The notes beneath the pieces are model-generated. The model made no database searches and had not been told where the DNA came from. It saw only the letters and a list, made by a program, of their open reading frames with translations. A DNA stretch of 32,000 bases from Thermosulfurimonas dismutans (GTDB lineage: Bacteria; Desulfobacterota; Thermodesulfobacteria; Thermodesulfobacteriales; Thermodesulfobacteriaceae). Position 1 is the first letter of the stretch, and the number at the start of each line of letters is the position of its first letter. The translations under genes were made by a program, and so were the position numbers. Shown here in pieces: positions 25,260-32,000 of the stretch. The DNA lies in assembly GCF_001652585.1 (NCBI RefSeq), contig NZ_LWLG01000002.1:180001-212000 (forward strand). Direction: 5' to 3'.

Positions 25260-27131
25260 CTACGGCAACTCCTTGTAAAGTTTTATTTCGGCTTTTTCTC
25301 TCAAATTTCGATACCAAGCCTGAAAGTAGGCCTCTCGTTTTTCCTGAGTAAGAATATGGGAAAGGATCTCCTTTTCCTTCTCCCAATCTGAAAAGTCAGC
25401 TGGCTTAAGCCCTTCAAGCCAAACGATGTAACAGGCCTGACTTCCGCAGGCCGGCTCCGGAACTATCCCGGGAGCGGCTCTTCCGGCCACAGCCCTAGCA
25501 ATGACCTCCGGAAGATGAGAAGTAAGCAATTCCTTGCGCCGGCTCTCCTTCCGGAAAATCTGAAGTCCTCTCTTTTCAAAAAAGCTCTTCGGATCCTTTA
25601 CTTTTTGGACCTCTTTGATAAGGGCCTCGGCTTCCTGACGGCAAAGCTCCCGAGCCTTTTCCTTAACCCAATCGGCTTTGACTCTATCCTTAGCTTCCTC
25701 TAAAGAAAGGATCCTAGAGGGTTCCTTTTTTTCAACCTGGAAAAGGATAACTCCCTTTCCGGTATCAATGGGGGAGGACAGTTCTCCCTCTTCAAGGGAA
25801 AAGACGGTCTCTAGGATTCCCGGACGAGTAAAAGGCTTTGCCGGTTTCTGACGTGAAAAGAATCCGGTCTCGGAAAGTTTCAGCTTCTCCTTTTGAGCGG
25901 CTTCTCGGAGCCCTCCCGCAAGCACGGCCTTCTCATAAAGGGTATCCGCGGCCGAAAAGGCTTCCTCCCGAGCCCGTTTTTTAATAAGCTCCTCTTTCAA
26001 GGTCTCCTTGACCTCGGCTAAAGGTTTAGTGCCCGCAGGTCTAATCTTTTCTATGAAGAAAAGATAATAGCCATTCTCGTGCTCTATAGGCCCCACAACT
26101 TCGCCTTCTTTGGCTGCAAAGACCAGGGTATCAGCCGTCGGAAAGAGCTCTCCAGCCTTGACGTATCCCAGGTCTCCTCCCAAAGGAGCGGTGGTCTTGT
26201 CGTCTGAAAATTTCCGAGCCAGTTTCACGAAGTCCTTGAGTCCTTTAATCTTCTCCTTCAGAGCTTCCGCCCGAGAAAGGGCCTCCCTTTTCTTTCCGGG
26301 CTTGGCCTTGATGAAAATCATACGCACTTTGCGCTTCTCCGGTTCAAAAAACCTATCCTTCTGGGCCTCGTAATAACTTTGGAGTTCCTCTTCGGTGATA
26401 CTGATCCTTTTTTGGTATCGCTCGTAAGGAAAGAAATAATAAACCACTTTGACCCGCTCATCACTCCGATAACGCTCACGGTGCTTCTCATAATAAGCAT
26501 TAAGCTCTTCGGGGTCGATCTTCACTTTTTTTTCACAGGCGGTATAAGGTCTTTCGACATAGGCCAATTTGAGTCGCTCATTTTCATAGGAGTAACGTTC
26601 TCGAACTTCGGTTTCCGGAGCAAAGATAGTGGCCGTAAGGAAGTGTTTGAGACGAGCCGAGAGGAGGTCTGCCCGTACGCTTTCCTCGAAATCTTTGGGA
26701 AGAAGGCCCATATCCCGAAGAACAGCCCGATAGCGGCGAAAACTGAAATGTCCCCCCTCTTGAAAGGCCGGAAGCTGACTAATGGCAAATCTTAGCTCGT
26801 CTTCGGTTACCGTGAGCTTTAGTCTCCGGGCGGCTTCTTCGAAAAGACGACGTTTTATCAATTCCTCAAGGACTTGTTCCCTAAAATGGATGGCTTTCAA
26901 AAATTCCTCATTCAACTTGTCACCAAACATCTGGCGAAGCTGTTGATAACGAAACTGATAGAGGGCCCGATATTCATTAACGGTAATGGCCTCACCGTTG
27001 ACCTTGGCCAGCACGTCCACCCGTTGCGCTCGAAAGGTTCCCACGCCCCAGAAAACGAAGACGATGATGATCACGGCAAAGAGGAGTTTTACGGCCGTGG
27101 ATTGGGCCCCTTTTCTCAGGAAATCAAGCAT
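25260..27131 (-). CDS. ppiD: Membrane-anchored periplasmic chaperone / parvulin-type peptidyl-prolyl isomerase (PpiD-like)
   Basis: N-terminal anchor (VKLLFAVIIIVFVFWGVG), a long SurA-like chaperone region and a parvulin domain (GGDLGYVKAGELF...GYYLFFIEKIRP). Confidence 0.7.
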   Translation of the reverse strand: MLDFLRKGAQSTAVKLLFAVIIIVFVFWGVGTFRAQRVDVLAKVNGEAITVNEYRALYQFRYQQLRQMFGDKLNEEFLKAIHFREQVLEELIKRRLFEEAARRLKLTVTEDELRFAISQLPAFQEGGHFSFRRYRAVLRDMGLLPKDFEESVRADLLSARLKHFLTATIFAPETEVRERYSYENERLKLAYVERPYTACEKKVKIDPEELNAYYEKHRERYRSDERVKVVYYFFPYERYQKRISITEEELQSYYEAQKDRFFEPEKRKVRMIFIKAKPGKKREALSRAEALKEKIKGLKDFVKLARKFSDDKTTAPLGGDLGYVKAGELFPTADTLVFAAKEGEVVGPIEHENGYYLFFIEKIRPAGTKPLAEVKETLKEELIKKRAREEAFSAADTLYEKAVLAGGLREAAQKEKLKLSETGFFSRQKPAKPFTRPGILETVFSLEEGELSSPIDTGKGVILFQVEKKEPSRILSLEEAKDRVKADWVKEKARELCRQEAEALIKEVQKVKDPKSFFEKRGLQIFRKESRRKELLTSHLPEVIARAVAGRAAPGIVPEPACGSQACYIVWLEGLKPADFSDWEKEKEILSHILTQEKREAYFQAWYRNLREKAEIKLYKELP

Positions 27132-27160
27132 TCAGGCCTCCTTTAATGAGGGTCGGCCTA

Positions 27161-28138
27161 TTATAATTTTTTTTGTTGGGACGGTAAAGAAACCTTTGAA
27201 AGCTTCGTAATCCCTTCGAGAAGCCTTTCCCGTAGTACTCGGCTAGTGGATATTTCTTTGGCAACCTCGAAGAGCACCGGAAGAAGCTCGGGTAAAGGAC
27301 GGCAAAAAAGAAGAAGATCATGACCAGCGGCCAGGGCGTAAATCAATCTCTCAGGCCACTCCCAGGCGGACAAGCCCTTCATGGCGAGATCGTCTGTGAC
27401 CACCGGCCCGCAAAAGGAAAGTTCCCTGCGAAGGATATCCACAGCCCTTTCAGAAAAGGTTAACGGTTTGTCGTCCCAACTCTTTACCACCAAATGAGTG
27501 GTCATCATAAAAGGTACCCCGACCGCGACCGCATTTTTGAAAGGCCAGAGGTCTTCCGGGCGAACTTTCTGGATTTCAGGAAGCTCTTCATGAGGATCTT
27601 TCTCGATGCCACCAAGCCCCGGAAAGTGCTTGGCACAAGGGAAAACTCCTTCCTCAAGATGGGCCCGGATAAAAACTTCCCCGAATCGGGCGACCTCTTT
27701 CGGATCTTCACCGAAGGTACGACCGCGGAGAAAATCCGGGGCCTCTTCCCCCGCTAGATCAAGTACTGGGGCCAAGTTGAGGTTGAGTCCCAGGAATCTA
27801 ACCGAACGGGCGATCTCACGCGAAAATTTCTCAACCTCAGAAGCCCCCCTACGGGCCACCTCAAAGGGCTCCGGGAATTCAGGGGCTAGGGGGGGCCCGA
27901 TACGTTGCACCCGGCCGCCTTCCTGATCTACGGCCAAAAGATTTTGGCCCTGGGCTAACCTTTCAGAAAGGGTTTTTATCTCCGCCATCAAGGCCGAGAT
28001 CTGATCCCTTTCCTGAAAATGGCGTTTAAAAAAAATGAAGTGCCGGAATCCGAGGTCCCGAATGGCCTCACGTTCTTCGTCCGTGAGCTCGGGACCTGAA
28101 AGGGTGGACATGAGGAGAGCTACCAGCTTCCGGATCAT
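27161..28138 (-). CDS. nagZ: Glycoside hydrolase family 3 beta-N-acetylhexosaminidase (NagZ-like)
   Basis: VDQEGGRVQR, KHFPGLGGIEKDPH (close to the NagZ signature KH[FI]PG[HL]Gx4D[ST]H, but with DPH) and VVTDDLAM. ATGA overlap with the upstream gene. Confidence 0.75.
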   Translation of the reverse strand: MIRKLVALLMSTLSGPELTDEEREAIRDLGFRHFIFFKRHFQERDQISALMAEIKTLSERLAQGQNLLAVDQEGGRVQRIGPPLAPEFPEPFEVARRGASEVEKFSREIARSVRFLGLNLNLAPVLDLAGEEAPDFLRGRTFGEDPKEVARFGEVFIRAHLEEGVFPCAKHFPGLGGIEKDPHEELPEIQKVRPEDLWPFKNAVAVGVPFMMTTHLVVKSWDDKPLTFSERAVDILRRELSFCGPVVTDDLAMKGLSAWEWPERLIYALAAGHDLLLFCRPLPELLPVLFEVAKEISTSRVLRERLLEGITKLSKVSLPSQQKKL

Positions 28139-28989
28139 AATTCAAACCCGTACCGTTCATAGATCCGACGGGCAGTTTCAGTGAAGAGGAAGTCCCGAAA
28201 GGCCGCCGCCACCTCATGGCAAGCGCCTCCCTGCATGAGGGCCACCTGGTATTCACTGCGGATTCGCCGGCCTTCCTCAAACTCCAAATAGTCGAAAAGC
28301 GGCTCCTCAAAGAACTCTGGATTTCGGTAATAGAGAGCAAAGTGGTAGTAGAGGGGGGCCACGTCTGCGAGGTCCTGGTGGATCATGGCCGGGATTTCCC
28401 GGTGATGAATAACGCGGCTTTTCAAGGCCTCTCTTTCGATCTTCTCGCGAAGTCCGGGCAGATGTTCGAGGGCAGAAAGGTAGGTACGATAGGAATTGAC
28501 TTCGGTCTCAGGGTTGGAGATGGCCACTCGGATGTCAGGCCGCAGGAGGTCCTCCGGCCCGGAAATCTCTCTGGGATTGCCCCTTTTCACCACCAGAACC
28601 ACGCCCCGATTACGCATAAAAGTCCGTGGTTTCTCAATAAGCCCTTCCTTATAAAGACCCTTCATGAATTCCGGTGGCCCCATCACTACCTGTGGCTTTA
28701 CGGAAACTACGAGATTGCCGATCGCAAGTGGCCTTCCTTCAACCAGTGGCCGTAAACGGGGCGGAGGAAGGGTTATATAGAAGACCGAAACCCTCCGGCC
28801 GAGATAATCGTAAAAGGCCTCAAGCAAGGCCGGAATGACCATAAACTGATTGCCCTCCATGGTGATGACGAGCTCGGCTTGACAGGGATCCCCGTGAAAG
28901 TCATAGACCACATTGGAGCCCGGGAGGAAGATGTTCTCTCGGACTCCTCTTCCGGTATCAAGGGGCCAGGGCAAGTACAAAACTGCCAT
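28135..28989 (-). CDS. Cytoplasmic periplasmic-binding-protein-fold protein (ModA/SBP_bac_11-like), function unknown
   Basis: 284 aa. Blocks such as VVLVVKRGNPREISGPEDLLRPDIRVAISNPET resemble molybdate/sulfate-type type II binding proteins. No signal peptide or lipobox at the N-terminus (MAVLYLPWPLDTGRG...). Family call is tentative. Confidence 0.5.
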   Translation of the reverse strand: MAVLYLPWPLDTGRGVRENIFLPGSNVVYDFHGDPCQAELVITMEGNQFMVIPALLEAFYDYLGRRVSVFYITLPPPRLRPLVEGRPLAIGNLVVSVKPQVVMGPPEFMKGLYKEGLIEKPRTFMRNRGVVLVVKRGNPREISGPEDLLRPDIRVAISNPETEVNSYRTYLSALEHLPGLREKIEREALKSRVIHHREIPAMIHQDLADVAPLYYHFALYYRNPEFFEEPLFDYLEFEEGRRIRSEYQVALMQGGACHEVAAAFRDFLFTETARRIYERYGFEL

Positions 28990-28991
28990 TT

Positions 28992-30107
28992 TTAAATGCC
29001 CTCCCTCAAGATCTCTAAGGCCCGATCAATATCTTCCAGAGTGGTAAATCTCCCCAGGGAGAACCTTATGGTTCCCCTAGCCACCTCCGGCGGGACCCCC
29101 ATGGCCGAAAGGACATGGGAGATGGCCTCCGCCCGGTCGTGGCAGGCCGAACCGGTGGAAGCGCATATTCCTCGAGCCCGGGAGAGCACCTCCGCCGCGC
29201 TGAGTCCTGGAAAAGATACACTCAGGGTGTTCGGAAGGGTTAGCTCTGGATCTCCATGTCTTATGGTCTTGGGATAGATCTCGTTAAGGCCCTCCCATAG
29301 CCTTTCCCGCAAGTACTTCTCTCTTTCGGCCTCTTCCCGAAGATCCGAGGCTGCCACTTCCGCGGCCTTTCCCAGACCCGCGATAAGGGCCATCGGCTCG
29401 GTACCGGGCCGAAGGCCTCTTTCCTGTCCTGCCCCAAAAAGGATCCTCGAAAGCTCAACCCCCTTCCGTATATAGAGGGCCCCAATGCCCTTGGGGGCGT
29501 ACATCTTGTGACCGGCGATGGTCAAAAGATCGCAACCGATCTCTTTGACCGAGACTGGAATCTTGCCCACGGCCTGGGCGGCGTCGGTGTGAAAAAGAAC
29601 CTCGGCTTCCCGGCAAACTTTCGCAATCTCTGCCACCGGCTGGATGGCCCCGGTCTCGTTATTGGCCAGCATTACCGAAACCAGCACGGTCTCAGGCCGA
29701 AGTCTGCGCCTCACCTCCTCCGGGTCCACATACCCCTTCCCGTCAACCGGGAGGAAGTCTACGGCGTAGCCCATCTCAAGGAGCCTTAACGCTGGCTCTA
29801 ATACCGAGGGGTGCTCGATCTTCGAAATCAGGACGTGTCCTCTTTCCCTCCGGAGAACCGTACCGAAAAGGGCCAGGTTATTGGCCTCCGTGCCTCCGGA
29901 AACAAAGAGAATTTCTTCGGAGTCCGCAGCTATCAGCCGGGCAAGCGCCCTTCGGGCCTCTTCTAGGATCTCTTTGGCTCGCAGACCATAAGCGTGTCCA
30001 GAACTCGGATTCCCGAATTCTTCCGTGAGACAAAACCTCACGGTCTCGGCCACCTCCGGGAGGACTGGCGTGGTGGCGTTGTAGTCTAGATAAACGGGCC
30101 GGTTCAT
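28992..30107 (-). CDS. Cysteine desulfurase (NifS/IscS-type class V aminotransferase)
   Basis: GGTEANN, HTDAAQAVGK, PLP-lysine context AGHKMYAPKGIGALY and active-site loop STGSACH. ATGA overlap with the upstream 588-aa gene. Confidence 0.9.
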   Translation of the reverse strand: MNRPVYLDYNATTPVLPEVAETVRFCLTEEFGNPSSGHAYGLRAKEILEEARRALARLIAADSEEILFVSGGTEANNLALFGTVLRRERGHVLISKIEHPSVLEPALRLLEMGYAVDFLPVDGKGYVDPEEVRRRLRPETVLVSVMLANNETGAIQPVAEIAKVCREAEVLFHTDAAQAVGKIPVSVKEIGCDLLTIAGHKMYAPKGIGALYIRKGVELSRILFGAGQERGLRPGTEPMALIAGLGKAAEVAASDLREEAEREKYLRERLWEGLNEIYPKTIRHGDPELTLPNTLSVSFPGLSAAEVLSRARGICASTGSACHDRAEAISHVLSAMGVPPEVARGTIRFSLGRFTTLEDIDRALEILREGI

Positions 30108-31870
30108 TTCCGTATCTCCCGGATCAGATCAAAAAGAGCCCGGGCGGCCTCTTTGGGACCTTCTTGTTCGTAGCCCTCGAGAGCCAACCGGGTCCGGATC
30201 TGCCCCACCCTCACCCCTCGGGCGAACATGGCCTCGAAGTATCTACGGGCAAGTTTCTCGTGCGCCTCCCTCCTCTGAGGGGCCCCGAAGGGATTGGCAA
30301 AATAGGTGTGCACCAGACCCTTTTCATCCGTGGTGCCCTTGGCCATCCTGGCCCCGGCACGGAAGACTGAAAGGGCCGTCTCCGGATCCTCAAAAAACTC
30401 CACCGCCGGTCGGGCCTTGCTCACCTCCTCGTAGTTGTTGGCGTAAAGAAAAAGATCCACCTTGAAGCCCTGTACAATCCGGTGGTAATACGCCACCGGG
30501 ATCACCACCCGGGCGTTAGTAAGATGGGGATTCATGAAAATACTGCGATCGATCTCGGAAAAGGCGTAACCCGGGGAAAGATCGTCAAGCCTCACGAAGG
30601 CCCCGATCTCGGTCCCGTAACATTTGAGGCCCTCCGCATCCTCACTGATAGAGCCCATGTCGTCGAAGATGACGATCATGTCGCTCAGGTAATCCTCGGA
30701 AAGGAGCCGAAAGGCCTCCAGGGTCTCGCTCTTTCCGGCCCCGGAATCCCCCACAATTACTAGCGTGGCCCGGGAGCCATCCTTGAGGACGATGTGCACC
30801 CCGGCCCCGTGGAGTGGTAAACGCCCCTGACGGATCATGATGATGTTGTGCAGGGTAAGGGTAGTCTTCTTGAGATAACCGAAATAGTCTGCAATCTCCT
30901 CGCCGATGACATAGCCCACCACCAGGTCGTTCTCTCGATCCTCATAGAAGAAAGAGATGCCCTCCTCGGGAAGTCTCGGACCTCCGAAGATCAAAATGGC
31001 ATCCGGACGGGCCCCTTGGATCTCGATCTTGTCCGCTAGTTCAAATAAATTGGCCAAAGAAAAACCCAGGGAGGCGAATTCGCGCCAAAAATAGATGAAG
31101 ATCAAAAGCGGCCCCACCTTGGCCGGATAGCAGAACCACTCCTCGGGATCGAGCCTGAGTTTAGCAAGGGGATTGTAGGAAAGCTCGACGAAAGCCCCCT
31201 GCCGGCGAATCTGGCGAGGATAGAAAATGATAGGCGGTTCAAGAAGGGCATAACGAATAAAGGGGATCTCCGCCAGAACACTGTATTCCTGAGAGGGGAT
31301 TTCCCAGGATATGGGCTCGGTGAGGGCCCCCAGGTTGGCTCCAGCCGGAAGCTGGCGGTACACACGGATGGCTTCTCCGGTAAGGTTAGTGCTTATGGTA
31401 CGGTAAACCCGAAGGATGAGCCCCTTGAGTTCCTCGTTCAGGTTCACGAAGCTGGCTTTATAGAGGCTGGACTTCCCGGCCACCCCTTCAGCCACGGCCG
31501 GAAGGATAAGGTAACGTTCAAAGGAGCGCCAGAAGTTGTAAAAGCCTTCCACGAATTCCCGCCAGAGACAGCGGGCCTCGATCACCGGCTGCCATTCGGG
31601 ATTGAGTTCCGGAAGCTCCTCTGCCCGATGAAGCATGAGTAGCTTAAAAAAGAGGAGAATTTTGGCCCGTAACCTCTCCTCGTCTCTTGTACCTAGATTA
31701 GCAACGATTTCCTCGTATCTAAGGGTGTTTTTCTTGCGGAGGTGTCGCAGGTAACGCCTCAAGATCTCCTCGAAGAGGGGACTTTTCAGCAACTTTTCGG
31801 GAGTATCACAATAAAGCTTGCCGGAATTGATAAAAATCTTTCGTTGGGATACGAAATAGGGAGCTTGCAT
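30104..31870 (-). CDS. Uncharacterised 588-aa protein with a PEPCK/HPr-kinase-fold P-loop domain in its C-terminal half
   Basis: LPLHGAGVHIVLKDGSRATLVIVGDSGAGKSETLEAF...MIVIFDDMGSI parallels the HprK core (hG..v...g.gvLi.G.SG.GKSE...lv.DD) and the PEPCK kinase-1a/-2 layout. The P-loop is at 30725-30751. I recognise nothing in the N-terminal 340 aa. It is clearly coding (long ORF, coupled to nifS), but the function is unknown. Confidence 0.6.
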   Translation of the reverse strand: MQAPYFVSQRKIFINSGKLYCDTPEKLLKSPLFEEILRRYLRHLRKKNTLRYEEIVANLGTRDEERLRAKILLFFKLLMLHRAEELPELNPEWQPVIEARCLWREFVEGFYNFWRSFERYLILPAVAEGVAGKSSLYKASFVNLNEELKGLILRVYRTISTNLTGEAIRVYRQLPAGANLGALTEPISWEIPSQEYSVLAEIPFIRYALLEPPIIFYPRQIRRQGAFVELSYNPLAKLRLDPEEWFCYPAKVGPLLIFIYFWREFASLGFSLANLFELADKIEIQGARPDAILIFGGPRLPEEGISFFYEDRENDLVVGYVIGEEIADYFGYLKKTTLTLHNIIMIRQGRLPLHGAGVHIVLKDGSRATLVIVGDSGAGKSETLEAFRLLSEDYLSDMIVIFDDMGSISEDAEGLKCYGTEIGAFVRLDDLSPGYAFSEIDRSIFMNPHLTNARVVIPVAYYHRIVQGFKVDLFLYANNYEEVSKARPAVEFFEDPETALSVFRAGARMAKGTTDEKGLVHTYFANPFGAPQRREAHEKLARRYFEAMFARGVRVGQIRTRLALEGYEQEGPKEAARALFDLIREIRK

Positions 31871-31922
31871 AGTATGCTTATTTTAATGCGCTTCTCCCTA
31901 ATTCCGCAACTCAAAATGGGGT

Positions 31923-31951
31923 TTGACTTTGGAGGCCAATTTAAGTATTTT
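31923..31951 (+). promoter_or_regulatory. Candidate sigma70 promoter for the rightward gene at the window edge
   Basis: TTGACT (31923-31928), a 17-nt spacer, then TATTTT (31946-31951). AAGGAGG at 31970-31976 and an ATG at 31984 follow. Confidence 0.4.
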
Positions 31952-31983
31952 GGCTCTGGAAACTTTGGTAAGGAGGCGGGAGT

Positions 31984-32000
31984 ATGCCTTCGGTAGTGGT
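31984..32000 (+). CDS. 5' end of an unidentified plus-strand gene (only 5 codons visible: MPSVV)
   Basis: ATG lies 7 nt downstream of a perfect AAGGAGG SD and downstream of the candidate promoter. Too little sequence is visible to identify it. Confidence 0.35.

Noticed and set aside
1-32000. CRISPR arrays, tandem or interspersed repeats, IS elements, integrases and prophage or defence-system genes
   Set aside because: Reading both strands, I found no regularly spaced direct repeats, no terminal inverted repeats and no transposase-, integrase-, nuclease- or helicase-type ORFs. Every long ORF is accounted for by metabolic or housekeeping families or by the unknowns listed above.

Overview
This is a very tightly packed chromosomal window with about 30 protein-coding genes. 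I saw no rRNA, tRNA, CRISPR array, transposase, integrase or phage genes. The gene content reads like a thermophilic strict anaerobe. That is an inference from the class III RNR, SelB, multihaem cytochromes, a Psr/Phs-type molybdoenzyme, Glu/Lys/Arg-rich proteins, strong GGAGG Shine-Dalgarno (SD) sites and many 1-8 nt gene overlaps.

Gene order, left to right:
- Minus-strand respiratory operon: tetrahaem cytochrome c, Tat-exported NrfC-like Fe-S protein, NrfD-like membrane protein and an HAO-family octahaem cytochrome. The octahaem gene runs off the left edge and is therefore missing from the ORF track.
- Class III ribonucleotide reductase locus: nrdD, a 58-codon glycyl-radical ORF missing from the track, and nrdG. 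It has a consensus sigma70 promoter with two NrdR-like boxes.
- TorD-like chaperone, PsrA/PhsA-like molybdopterin oxidoreductase and its Fe-S subunit, with no membrane anchor gene.
- An AT-rich divergent control region.
- livG, livF and a degenerate PaaK-like gene on the plus strand.
- An M23 peptidase and a secreted coiled-coil protein.
- A 16 kb uninterrupted minus-strand array: a PEPCK/HprK-fold P-loop protein, cysteine desulfurase, a leaderless SBP-like protein, a NagZ-like GH3, ppiD, carB, cbiB, cobT, cobS, an archaemetzincin-like protein, murI and selB.

The best candidates for something new are:
1. The split anaerobic RNR, whose glycyl-radical domain is a separate SD-driven 58-aa ORF.
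2. The HAO-type octahaem enzyme wired to both a membrane tetrahaem cytochrome and an NrfCD-type module.
3. The translationally coupled four-gene module headed by an uncharacterised 588-aa PEPCK/HprK-like protein.

All family calls come from motif recognition by eye. No database search, alignment or structure prediction was possible.
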